In this document: in pieces, positions 1-23,288 of the stretch
Layout: every line of letters begins with the position of its first letter
Numbering within the stretch: the first letter of the stretch is position 1
NCBI RefSeq assembly: GCF_009914755.1
Contig: NC_060936.1
Source: the human T2T-CHM13v2.0 reference genome, Homo sapiens
Reading direction: 5' to 3' (one strand)
DNA length: 64,000 bases
Translations under genes and position numbers: made by a program
Notes under the pieces: model-generated
What the model saw: only the letters and a program-made list of their open reading frames with translations
Databases searched by the model: none
Told to the model about the DNA's origin: nothing

Positions 1-195
1 GGAGGAAAGAATGGGAGGTGACTGCTAAGGAGTATGGGGTTCTTTTGGGATAATAAAAGTATTCTGAAACTAGATAGTGATGATTGTTGCACAACCTTGT
101 GAATATACTAAAACCCATTGAATCGTACACTTCAAAAGAGTGAATGGTATGATATGTGAATTATGCCTCAATAAAGCTGTTACTTAAAAAAAAAA
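1..195 (+). mobile_element. Old L1 (L1M-class) 3' terminal fragment with A tail
   Basis: Typical L1M 3' UTR end (tgcacaaccttgtgaatatactaaaa...tctcaataaagctgtt-like) followed by an A run. Similar fragments lie at ~23875-24050 and ~51625-51730. Confidence 0.75.

Positions 196-246
<51 letters not shown>
196..246. repeat. (TA)n(CA)n microsatellite
   Basis: Seen directly; it grows out of the L1 A tail. Confidence 0.95.
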
Positions 247-247
<1 letters not shown>

Positions 248-439
248 CCCTAGGTCCAGGGCTCAAGCTATGAAACAGCTGCAGTTCTTTCAGAAAGGTG
301 ACTGAGCCAGCCCCAGCTTGCAGCAGCTGATCTCAGGTTGGCAGTCTTAAGAAGTGGGCTTTGCTAAAATCAACCTGCCCTCTGACCCCATTCCAGCAGG
401 GGATTTGCATTGTAATATTCCAGTTTAAATTAGAGGATG

Positions 440-1254
<815 letters not shown>

Positions 1255-1255
<1 letters not shown>

Positions 1256-1346
1256 AGCAGTTGGGGCAGGAGGAAGCCGACTGCTGCCTGGTCTGCAAAG
1301 AAGTCCTTTCAAGTCTCTAGGACTGGACTCTTCCTAAGCAAGTCCG
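1255..1346 (+). other. HSD17B6: HSD17B6 non-coding exon 1 (5' UTR); start approximate
   Basis: Donor CCG|GTATGT at 1346/1347. The coding exon at 11760 has an acceptor only 19 nt before the ATG, so an upstream exon is needed. Agrees with my recollection of the HSD17B6 mRNA leader. Confidence 0.7.
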
Positions 1347-1368
1347 GTATGTAGGTGGGTAAGGGTGG

Positions 1369-1370
<2 letters not shown>

Positions 1371-1408
<38 letters not shown>
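1371..1408. repeat. (GT)19 microsatellite at the start of intron 1
   Basis: Seen directly. Confidence 0.95.
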
Positions 1409-1410
<2 letters not shown>

Positions 1411-1765
1411 GGGATATGGGATATGGTCTGTTTGGAGACAGGTTTTGATTATGATTTTTTATCATCTTAAAAGATCCTTCAACTTTGATTCGTGAAAGAA
1501 ATTTTGTCACGATTGCTTGCTCTGCTTTTTTGATCTTTACTCCCATGAAGTTTGGGAGAGTACTGGTTACAAGTTGGGAGTGATTTCATACTTACAAATA
1601 GGGACTCTGGGTATCCTCTGAAAACGGGATTCTCGGCAGTGGGGGAAACAAGCTCTTTAATGGTTAATGCTGATAGCTGTTGGGTAAGTTTGTGAAACTT
1701 TGGGTAAGCGGAAAGGGGCCTTCTGTGATTGGGCCAAGATCCCAGAACTCTGAGAGGTTGAGGAG

Positions 1766-2066
<301 letters not shown>

Positions 2067-2744
2067 CAATTATTGACTTGAGGAATACTTAGCCTGTATG
2101 CCCAAGTGGGAAGAAAAGAATGTCATGGTGGATCAGTTCAGGGAGCCATGTGCTGTTTACAGACTTGCTCTTAGGATCAGTGACTAAGCTGACTGGAGTT
2201 TATAGACAAACCCATGTCTGAAGATTTTAACCAAAGAAGGGAATAAAGGCTACTTCTTACTTTGCCATGTATTATATTGCAGAGAGAGAGGTCCTCGCTT
2301 GAGACAGAAGGAAGTTAAGGTGCACGAGCATGGCCCAAAATAGTGATAAAGAGCTGATAGAAATGATTAAGGATGTTGCAATATGTGGAGTTATGCATAC
2401 TGTAGAAAAGTGGTGGTGTAATGCACCAGATAATGCACATTCCCATGGCACAGTTTCCTTCTATGAAAGCTCAGGGGAAGAGACAGGGCTCAGGGAGAAA
2501 GGCAATATGGCAATAATAAGACAACAACTACCCAAAATAATACTAATATCTAACAATTATGTATTGCTTTACATGCATTAACTTATTTAACCCTCTCAAT
2601 AAATCACTGAGGTTTCTTTTTCCCATTTTGAACACGAGCACACAGGAACAGAGGCCAGTTCACTTACTCAAGGCTGCAGAACAAGTAAATCTCGAAGCCT
2701 GATTTTGAACCCAGGCCATCTGGCCTCAGAGTCTATGCTCATGA

Positions 2745-3732
<988 letters not shown>

Positions 3733-3817
3733 TCATGATTCTATACTATCCACAAAATCAGGGTTGGGGCAGGAAAGCTCATGCAGAGAGGTTCTTGGAA
3801 AGAAAGAAAAGGAAAGG

Positions 3818-4241
3818 TGTCAGGCCTCTGAGCCCAAGCTAAGCCATCACATCCCCTGTGACCTGCATGTATACATCCAGATGGCCTGAAGCAACTGAAG
3901 ATCCACAAAAGAAGTGAAAATAGCCTCAACTGATGACATTCCACCACTGTGATTTGTTCCTGCCCCACATTAACTGAGTGATTAACTTCGTGAAATTCCT
4001 TCTCCTGGCTCAGAAGCTCCCCCACTGAGCACCTTATGACCCCCACCCCTGCCTGCAAGAGAAAAACCCCCTTTAAATGTAATTTTCCGCTACCCACCCA
4101 AATCCTATAAAATGACCCCACCCCATCTCCCTTTGCTGACTCTCTTTTCGGACTCAGCCCGCCTGCACCCAGGTGAAATAAACAGCCTTGTTGCTCACAC
4201 AAAGCCTGTTTGGTGATCTCTTCACTGGGACGCGTGTGACA
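3818..4241 (+). mobile_element. Solo HERV-H LTR (LTR7 family, LTR7B-like)
   Basis: Starts TGTCAGGCCTCTGAGCCCAAGCTAAGCC and ends TGACA. 5-bp TSD AAAGG (3813-3817, 4242-4246), TATAAAA at 4106-4112, AATAAA at 4177-4182. Confidence 0.9.
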
Positions 4242-4989
4242 AAAGGTAGTCGGAATCATCCAGAGTAGTCTTGTTGGTATCTCCATTTATTAGTGCTCTG
4301 TACTTGCCATGTTCCAGGTCTTTGCTCTCACTATTCCCTTTGCCTGAAATGCCCTGGTTCCCAATCTCTGCATGTCAAATACCATCTGTCCTCCAAGGCT
4401 CAGCAAATCATACTTCCTTCATTTTAAAGCTCTTTGGTTTTGATGGAACATAGGCAGTGTGAGAAAGAGGAGGGGGAGAAAAGGTCAAGATCCAATCATG
4501 GAGGGCCTTGTACAACTAAGGTTTTAGATTTAGATTTTCAGTAGGTTGAATGCTATTCAGGGAGTGACATCGGCAGAGCTGCGCTTTAGGGAAATTAACC
4601 AGACAGCCCTATGTGGATGAGAGGGGAAGTGAGAGTGACACTGTGGGGTTAGTGAGAAAGCTTCTGTGATAGGCCAATCAAGAGGCATTGAGGAGTCCTT
4701 GCATTTAGGGTAGAGAAGGGAGAGGAGGAGCTGGGAGGGGTGAAGGGGAAGGGACGCTGTCTGTGACTGCTGTAGGAGAACGGGAGTAGAGCATCTCAGA
4801 AGTGAACGGAGAAGCGTGTGCTTCAAATTGGGTAGTCAGAAGGATTAAACTATGGCTTCTGGCTGTGAGAGACAGGAGCCAAGGGGCAAACGTAGGCCAT
4901 GGCCTGACCATGAAAAATCAGCTAATTTTTGTATTTTTAGTAGAGATAGGGCTTAGTCATGTTGCCCAGGCTGGTCTTGAAAGGGAAAG

Positions 4990-5975
<986 letters not shown>

Positions 5976-6892
5976 CGTGTGTCAAGCTGAGGAGTTCTGA
6001 CTTTATCCTGTGGGTGACAGGGAGTCACAGACAGAATCCAATGAGAGCATGGCACGATCTGAAAGCAATCTTCTTCTTCTTCACTGAAGGCCAGGTTAGG
6101 ATCTAAGAATCAGATAAAATCATAAGAAAAAAGAATGTGCTAAATATTGCAGTGAGGTCTGAGGAGAAGAGAGAGGAAGCCTTGGGAATTGTCTGCTAAT
6201 AGGTCCTTGGTGAGCTGTGAGAGAGTTTCCAGAGAGTGATGGGAATGGAAGGTGAAGTGCAAGGAGCTCGTGGGTGGCAAGAAAATAGAGGGCCTGTGCT
6301 TGCCCTTTGAATATTTTGGCCATATGGGGAAGAGAGAGGATGGTTATTAAAGGGGTGGCAGGTTAGGATGGTCTTAGGGAGGATGAAAGGCAGAAGAAAG
6401 AGGATAGAAGACAATACAGAGAAATTTAGAGCAGAGGTAGCCTCACTGGGCCCTGGAACCCCCTGAGATGACAGGCAAAATGTTGTGGGTAGGAATTAGA
6501 GTGTCCAGGTTGAGCAGATCTGGATTTTGGCAGGGAAGCAACGTGTATGCTCATCTGTGGAAGGAGAGCTAGGTAAACATGAGGTTGGGAAATTTTGAAG
6601 GCTAGTAAAGATTTGGAACAGGTGTTGTTGCGAAATAATAAGGGAGGAGTCAAATGGAGGCAAACAGAAGGTTTGCCTTATATTGGCGGTGGGCGGGGGG
6701 GAGGGGGCGCAGCTGAGATAGGATAACATTGATTTGTTGTATAAAAGTTTGTTTTCTGGTCTTTCTCTAGCACCACTTGGCAGCTGGCAGCTAGAGAACA
6801 TGGATGGTAAAGGCTTTGGGGTGCTAGTGAAGCACCCCTAAAATGGCCAACTATGAGACCTGTGCTGAATAAGGAGGCAAATGAAACTGTGA

Positions 6893-7328
<436 letters not shown>

Positions 7329-8828
7329 TAGCTTTTCAAGATCTTTGTGGGAGAGTAGCTTCAAGCAATGATGAAGCCCAAGATGGGGATCAGACCTGAA
7401 ATAAACAGTGGAAGTTCTTAACCTATGCATGTGTGATTATGAAGGTGTTTTCTAGGCTCGACCTCAAAACTCATTAAATAAAATTAACCAGATAGCATAG
7501 TGTAGATGAGAAAGGAAGAGACTGACAATATGATGTAAGAAAGCTGAATTCTTATTTACCATAGCAGGAAGTTAATTGAGAATGTCAAAAATTGGTAAAT
7601 CAAGAAATAGCAGCTTAAGTACTGTGTATAAATAATTTGAGTCAAAGGCAAAAACGTAAAGTAATTGCACAGCTTTTGCAGATGAATGGTTTGTAAAAGC
7701 AAGCAGGCCACGCCACTTCGGGTATTTGGACATTTGAAATATTCGAGGCACATTCAGGTTTGGCCTAGGGTTTGGGATTCCGCCAGGTGTATCTCTTCTG
7801 CAGGTCTTCTTGCTGCTAGGCATGCGATGGCTGAATAGTAATGCCCGGGGAAACTGTGAGGGCCAAGCTTCTCTCTAATGGGGGAAATACGTTTTCATCT
7901 TTGACTGGCAACAGAAAATTACCTTTTAGTCAATAAACAGTCAGGTTGAAGCTCTCTGTGTTACTGTAGTGCACCAGGGAATGCCACTTAGGCAGAACAG
8001 AGGCAGCTGGCTAGAGAACACAGAGCTCTCAGATTGGAGAGAGGCAAAGGGCTTCAGAGAAGGAAGGAGAGAGACAGAGGGAAGAGGGGAAAAGGAGAGA
8101 AAGAGAAGATGGTGGGGGAGGGAGGAGCAATATATGCCTCTCTCCACTGTTTTCTCCCTTTCACTGTCTCCTTCCACTTTACTTGCCTACACCCTAAGTT
8201 GCCCTCTCGCTACTTACTGCCTTCTCTCCTCTCCTTCCCAGACCAGGCTTTTGAAAAAGAGTCTCCACTCGGCTCCACTTCCTGCCCTCCAATTCATGCA
8301 GCAGCCCACTGAAGATTGGCTTCTGTGCCCTTCACTGTCTGAGTCTTCCCGTTAAGAGCACCAGTGCCCTCCTATTACCCAGCAGACCTCCTGGTTGCAT
8401 TGCTGATCCTCATTAAGCCCCCCTTTCCTTGGCTTTCATCAGCTTGCTTTTTCCTACTTCTCTGGCTCATTCTCCCTGCTTTTTTTCTCTCAATTTTTTA
8501 TCAGGATATTTTTACTTAGTATAACTTAATTTATCTAACATTTATTAAGTATCTGCTATGTGCCATTCACTGGGCCAGGTGCAGACTAATATGTAACCTG
8601 GGCTCTCAAGGGCCTTATAGTCTAAAAATGGGGAAGAGCAGTGCAATGAAGTACAGCAGGCATCATGATAAACCCAGGCCACAATGGGGACACTAAGGAG
8701 GGTATAGTCAATTCTGTTAGACCATGGGGCAGGTTAAATCAGGGCAGGAAAGTCTCTTGCCTGGACCATTTTTTGTCCCCTCTGTCTAGTACTGTATGTA
8801 ATCTCTCAGTGCTCACCTATGAAACAGT

Positions 8829-9260
8829 GTGGCAGCCATTGAGGTGCATTGCTCAGATCACTCAAGAAAATCTGCTATGAGGAGTGAGGTTGACTTCCAG
8901 CCTCCAGTTGTGGCACCCTCCGATCTGCTGTGGTATTTACACTGAGGCACGCTCCTCTTGGGCACTGGTCAGCCAATGACCAGAAGGATGGCAGTACTGG
9001 AGCTGGACCAGTTCAGCCCAGTGTGGAACTTCTCCAGTGGCAGTCTTTGCTCAGGCTCATGGGCCTGGCTGAGACTTTCTTGGGGCTCTACTACAGTCTA
9101 AAGCTCTTCCTATCTTCTCCTCCTTCTGTTCCCCTCTCCTTCCCGAGGTGTCAGATCTGCATTACCACCTATTCCTGTGCCTTCCCCCTTTGTCCTCTGA
9201 GGGTGTTTCCCCCATAATCTCTTGCATGTCTAATTTTGTCTTGGTATCTGAACTGACACA
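8829..9260 (+). mobile_element. ERVL solo LTR (LTR16-like) inside a MIR remnant
   Basis: TGTGGCAGCC...AACTGACACA termini resemble the recalled LTR16 consensus; MIR-like sequence lies on both sides. Confidence 0.6.
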
Positions 9261-9325
9261 GAGGAATAATGATGGGACCTGTCTTGTAGGGTTCTTGTGA
9301 GAATTCAAAAAGTTAATATATGTGA

Positions 9326-10050
<725 letters not shown>

Positions 10051-10338
10051 CCTGTAGATCTCAACTTATATTTTATTCTCTCTAGGAAGCTTCTCAGACC
10101 TCTCTAAACTGCCTTAGAAGCCTCTCCTGAGTGTTCCAGCAGCCTCCTGTTTTTACTTCTGTTATAATGCATTGTTGTCAGTCTTCATAATGAGACTGTG
10201 AATTCAATGAAAAATGGACTATGTATTGTTCACTCTTGTGTATCAGTGCCTAACACTGTGTCTGACTCAAGTAGTTGTTGAATTAATGTTTGCTGAATGA
10301 AAGTGATGATTAGGCTGAGACTTAAAAGATGAGTGTTA

Positions 10339-10650
<312 letters not shown>

Positions 10651-11089
10651 GAGTGTTATTTGCCAAGTAGATGAGGGCTACTTCTTTCCAGTAGAAAGAA
10701 GTGTATGCAGAGGCGTAAAAAGCCTGTGCTTTGCAGGGGACTGAAAGTTGTTTGTTTTGGCTAAAGAGTAGGATGCAAGAGAGAAGCCTAAGTAGCCAGA
10801 GTGCTGGGGACATTCATGTCAAACTAAGGAGTTTGAATTGCATAGACTAGCCTCATGCAGGCGTTGTGGTATAGGCCTTATGATGCTAGCGGGCCCATAC
10901 CCATATTTGACCTCTACCTATGTTGTTATGAATTATGTTAGTTCAGCCAACATGTATAGATTACTAAAAAATGGTGGACTTTGCTCCAGAATTTCATATA
11001 GAAACATAGGCATCTGTGAACACTCATTTCAACAATGCTTCTGATTGGTCTAGGTTTACAAATTGCTTTGGCTGCAATAACTCACCCAA

Positions 11090-11715
11090 ACTATTGGATC
11101 TCCTAATGGATCTCACTGCCTTCACCACACCTGTTTCATCTATCCTCCACTGCCATTGTGAGACAAATCTTCCTAAAACTTAATCTGGCCACCTGACTCT
11201 AGTAGCATACTCTGTTTAATGTCTTCTAGTAGCATACTCTGTCCACAGGATAACATCCAGATTCCGTAGTGTGGCTTACAAGGCCTTTCATGATTTGGCC
11301 CTTCACTACCTCATCTCCAGTCTCTTCTTATGTATGTTCTGCTCTGCACTCATGCAGAATTGTTTATAGGTCTCAAGAAGTTCTGTGCTGCTCACGACTC
11401 CCTTCATGTACACATTGTTACTGCCTGGAATGTTGTCATCCTTATCCACTTTTTGAACTTACTTATCCTATTTGGTAGGAAGTAGTACCAAAATCATTCC
11501 TTCTGTGCTAGGCTATCGGTCATCTTCCTTTGTAGACTGTGTGTATACTTCTGTTATGGCACCTTTCACACTGCATTGGATTTGTTTGGTTACCTCACTG
11601 ACTTCCCTCTCTAGACTGTGGCCCCTTGAGGGTAGGACTAAGTATTAATCAGTAAAGAGTCCCTATCACCTAGTGCAATGCCTGGCACATGGCAAATACT
11701 GAATAGATATATTGG
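11090..11715 (+). mobile_element. L2 3' remnant directly upstream of exon 2 (other L2 pieces at ~4260-4900, 8200-8720, 10060-10300, 15810-16200, 51740-51980, 54500-55260)
   Basis: Degenerate L2 3' motifs (ctagactgt...ccttgagggtaggac...tgcctggcacat...tgaat). Confidence 0.6.
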
Positions 11716-11778
11716 TTAAATAATAAGGAAGGAATAAAATGTTTTCTTTCTATTGAAAGAGAAGGAAGCACCCTCACT

Positions 11779-12091
11779 ATGTGGCTCTACCTGGCGGCCT
11801 TCGTGGGCCTGTACTACCTTCTGCACTGGTACCGGGAGAGGCAGGTGGTGAGCCACCTCCAAGACAAGTATGTCTTTATCACGGGCTGTGACTCGGGCTT
11901 TGGGAACCTGCTGGCCAGACAGCTGGATGCACGAGGCTTGAGAGTGCTGGCTGCGTGTCTGACGGAGAAGGGGGCCGAGCAGCTGAGGGGCCAGACGTCT
12001 GACAGGCTGGAGACGGTGACCCTGGATGTTACCAAGATGGAGAGCATCGCTGCAGCTACTCAGTGGGTGAAGGAGCATGTGGGGGACAGAG
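11779..12091 (+). CDS. HSD17B6: HSD17B6 coding exon 2 (exon starts 11760): N-terminal membrane anchor and Rossmann motif TGCDSGFG
   Basis: Translates MWLYLAAFVGLYY...GDRG with SDR motif TGxxxGxG. Acceptor ttctttctattgaaAG|11760, donor G|GTATGA at 12091/12092; 313 coding nt. Confidence 0.97.
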
Positions 12092-12148
12092 GTATGAAAT
12101 ATTTTCTCCTTTTATTTACTTAGCATGAAGATGCTAAGGTTATATATA

Positions 12149-13004
12149 CAGTTGTTCCTTGGTGTCTCCTGGGGATTGGTTCAAGGACTGCTTGTGGATA
12201 CTAAAATCCGAGGATGCTCAAATCCCTTATATAAAATAGTGCAGTATTTGGTTATAACCTATGCACATCCTTTAAGGTATGGATACTTTAAATCATGCCT
12301 GGGTTACATAAAATACTAAATACTTTGTAAATGATATGTAAATAGTAGTTATACTGTATTGTTTAGGGCAGCCGTCCCCAGCCTTTTTGGCACCAGGGAC
12401 CGGTTTTGTGGAAGACAGTTTTTCCATGGACAGGGAGTGGGGATGGTTTTGGGATGATTCAAGTGCATTGCATTTATTGTGCACTTCATTATATTATTAC
12501 ATTGTAATATATAATGAAATAATTATACAACTCACCATGATGTAGAATCAGTTGGAGCCCTGAGCTTGTTTTCCTGTATCTACATGGTCCCATCTGGGGG
12601 TGATAAGAGACAGTGACAGATCATCAGGCATTAGATTCTCAACAGGAGTGCATAGGATATATCCCTGGCATGTGCAGTTCACAATAGGGTTAGTGCTCCT
12701 GTGAGAATCTACTGCTGCCACTGACCTGACAGGAGGCGGAGCTCAGGCAGCAATGCCTGTGATGGGGAGTGGCTGTAAATACAGATGAAGCTTTGCTTGC
12801 TTGTCTGCTGCTCACCTCCTGCTGTGTGGCCTGGTTTCTAACAGGCCATGGGCTGGTACCAGTCTATGGCCCAGGCACTGGAGACCCCTGGTTTAGGGAA
12901 TAATGACAAGGAAAAAAGTCTGTATATGTTCAGTACAGATGCAAATTAAAAATTGTGTTTTCTATCCACAATTGATTGAATCCATGGATATGAAGGGCTG
13001 ACTG
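12149..13004. mobile_element. MER2 (Tigger-class MITE) interrupted by MER1A
   Basis: CAGTTG...GACTG termini and MER2-like internal sequence on both sides of the nested element. Confidence 0.8.
12369..12890. mobile_element. MER1A (hAT-Charlie MITE)
   Basis: CAG...CTG termini, 522 bp, perfect 8-bp TSD GTTTAGGG (12361-12368, 12891-12898) typical of hAT elements. Confidence 0.88.
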
Positions 13005-13179
13005 TGTGTATCAAAGCTGAGCTTAGAAGGCTGGCCTCGTCATTTGAAGGACTGTTGAGGTCTTTTGTGGCGTTTCATTTCCTTAACAATGTTTATTTTG
13101 TTGTTGAAAAATAAGCTCAATAGATTTGAAGCTATTATCTCATATTGGAAGTAGAGTATTTATAAACATAATTCTTTAT

Positions 13180-17370
<4,191 letters not shown>

Positions 17371-18165
17371 TTAATTATTATGTTTGGATTTATTTCTTTC
17401 ATCTTATTTTGTGCTTTTTATTTGTCCCATTTTTTCCTGTTTCCTTTATGCTCTTTTGAATTGATTGAATTTTTATTCCACTTTTTCCACTACTAAATTG
17501 AAAGTACTATAATATTCTCTATTTCTGTTTCCCTAGTAGAAATTTTAAGTGCATATGTGGTTTATCAAATGTAAAATTAACATCTTTACCTTTCTCCTGA
17601 GTAATCCAAGGCCCTCAGAACACTCACATTTCAGTCATCCTTCCTGACATACATGCTCTTGCTGCTGTGTATTTCAGTTCTGTTTTTTGGCTCTCCAATA
17701 TGCAATGTTTGTTTAGATTTATCCTCTTTTTACCTTTTTTTTTTTTTTTTGCTCATTATTCCTTCTTGAATTTTCCATCTAAAATTGCTTTCTTCGTTAC
17801 CGAATATATGCCTAAGAATTATAGAAGATGCTGGGGCAAAATCTTTTTTTTAAAAAAAAATTTATTAAAATGTCTAATTACCCTCATTCTTGAAAGATAA
17901 TTTTGCAGATAGGCTAGTCTATGTTAATAATTACTTTCTCTTGGCACATTGAAGACACCATTCCAGTCTTCTGTCTCCTGTTGTTCATGTCTTGATAAGT
18001 CAGTTGTTAGCCTAATTGTTTTTCCTTTGAAAATAATCTGTCTTTCCTTTCTGGCTATTTAAGGATATTCTCTTCTTTGATTTTATTTTTTCTTTGATCT
18101 TTATTTTGGTGTGTTTAGGTATGGATTTCTCTGTTTATACTGCTTGGGATTTATTTTTTGGGGGG

Positions 18166-19054
<889 letters not shown>

Positions 19055-19455
19055 GGGGGGCTTCTTTAATCTGTTCATTATCAGTTCTGGAAAATTCTTA
19101 GCCATCATTACTTCAAATACTGCCTTTATTCCATTTCCCTCCCTTATTTCTGGATCTTATTAGACATATGTTACATGTTTTTACTTTGGTCTTGCTTCCC
19201 TTTTCTTTCATGTTTTTAATCTCTTTATATTTGTGCCATAGTCTGTATATTTTTCTTTACTGTCTTCCAGTTTGCTACTTTCTTTCTTCCACTATGTCTA
19301 TCTACTATTAAACCTGTCTAACAAATTTTAAAATTTCAATAGTTGTATCTTTTATTTCTGAAGTTTTATTTGGTTCTTTCTCAAATCTGCTTGATCAATT
19401 TTATAGTATTTTAATGAATATTTTCAATCCTTTTATTTAAAAATTATATTTAGCA

Positions 19456-19744
19456 GGCTGGGCGTGGTGGCTCACGCCTGTAATCCCAGTACTTTGGGAG
19501 GCTGAGGCGGGTGGATCACGAGGTCAAGAGATGGAGACCATCCTAGCCAACATGGTGAAACCCCATCTCTACTAAAAATACAAACATTGGCTGGGTGTGG
19601 TGGTGCGTGCCTGTAGTCCCAGCTACTTGGGAGGCTGAGGGCAGGAGAATTGCTTGAACCCGGGAGGCAGAGTTTGCAGTGAGCTGAGATCGTGCCACTG
19701 CACTCCAGCCTGGCGATAGGGCGAGACTTTGTCTCAAAAAAAAA
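19456..19744 (+). mobile_element. AluSc/Y-like element
   Basis: Alu motifs; TSD TTATATTTAGCA. Confidence 0.92.
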
Positions 19745-19907
19745 GTTATATTTAGCAAACTTGTATGTTATATCATTTGGGCTGCAAACTCTCATGGGGG
19801 TGGTTAGTGGTTATGATTCCTCAAGAGTGATTCTTTCCCCACCAAAGTTCAAAATAGAGTATTTTTGCCTGAAACCAAACTCCTGATATGACTTTTAATT
19901 GTTTTAG

Positions 19908-20166
19908 GACTCTGGGGACTGGTGAACAATGCAGGCATTCTTACACCAATTACCTTATGTGAGTGGCTGAACACTGAGGACTCTATGAATATGCTCAAAG
20001 TGAACCTCATTGGTGTGATCCAGGTGACCTTGAGCATGCTTCCTTTGGTGAGGAGAGCACGGGGAAGAATTGTCAATGTCTCCAGCATTCTGGGAAGAGT
20101 TGCTTTCTTTGTAGGAGGCTACTGTGTCTCCAAGTATGGAGTGGAAGCCTTTTCAGATATTCTGAG
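19908..20166 (+). CDS. HSD17B6: HSD17B6 coding exon 3: NNAG motif, catalytic Ser region and YCVSK (YxxxK)
   Basis: gttttAG|GA CTC TGG...; donor AG|GTAACT; 259 nt; phase matches exons 2 and 4. Confidence 0.97.
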
Positions 20167-20379
20167 GTAACTTAAGTTAAAACAAAAACAGCTATTGAGC
20201 ACTGAAATATGTCTTAGGCATTGTGCTAGTTGCTTTCGCCTATCTTATTTCATCACTCCTCAAATCTTGATACATAGATATTATTACTAGTCTATTTTAT
20301 ATAGCTAACAGGCTCAAATTTTCTTATCTGTCCCAAAGTTCACCTACCATAGCCAGAATTTGGCCGAACTGTGTTTTGA

Positions 20380-22613
<2,234 letters not shown>

Positions 22614-22735
22614 TTTCTTTATTCTTTAAAATATTCAGTAAAGGTATTTTATAATCTTTTTTGTTTTGCTTTTCCTTCCTGAAAGCATTGAAATGGTGGT
22701 GGTCTTTAATCATAACTTGTGGGGTTTTATTTCAG

Positions 22736-22899
22736 GCGTGAGATTCAACATTTTGGGGTGAAAATCAGCATAGTTGAACCTGGCTACTTCAGAACGGGAA
22801 TGACAAACATGACACAGTCCTTAGAGCGAATGAAGCAAAGTTGGAAAGAAGCCCCCAAGCATATTAAGGAGACCTATGGACAGCAGTATTTTGATGCCC
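22736..22899 (+). CDS. HSD17B6: HSD17B6 coding exon 4
   Basis: tttcAG|G CGT GAG (REIQHFGVKISIVEPGYFRT...YFDA); donor C|GTAAGC; 164 nt. Confidence 0.97.
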
Positions 22900-22936
22900 G
22901 TAAGCTTTTTTCTTTTGATAGGGATAATGGGTACCC

Positions 22937-23288
22937 TGTATTAGTCCATTCTCATGCTGCTATGAAGAAATAACTGAGACTGGGTAATTTATAAAGAAAA
23001 GAGGTTTAATTGACTCACAGTTCTGCATGGCTGGGGAGTCCTCAGGAAACTTATAATCATGGCAGAAGGCACCTCTTCACAGGATGGCAGGAGAGGGAAT
23101 GAGTGCAAGCAGAGGAAAGCCCCTTATGAAACCATCAGATCTTGTGAGAACTCACTACTAAAAGAACAGCATATGGGAACCACCCCCATGATTCAGTACC
23201 TCCCACCAGGTCCCTCCCACGACATGTGGAGATTATGGGACTATAATTCAAGATGAGTTGGGTGGGGACACAAAGCCAAACCATATCA
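22937..23288 (-). mobile_element. THE1 (MaLR) solo LTR
   Basis: TGTATTAGTCC...AAACCATATCA, flanked by direct repeat GTACCC (22931-22936, 23289-23294). Confidence 0.9.

Noticed and set aside
7620-7700. Intron 1 enhancer suggested by TATAAATA and TGAGTCA motifs
   Set aside because: Short motifs like these are expected by chance, and the sequence alone gives no independent support.
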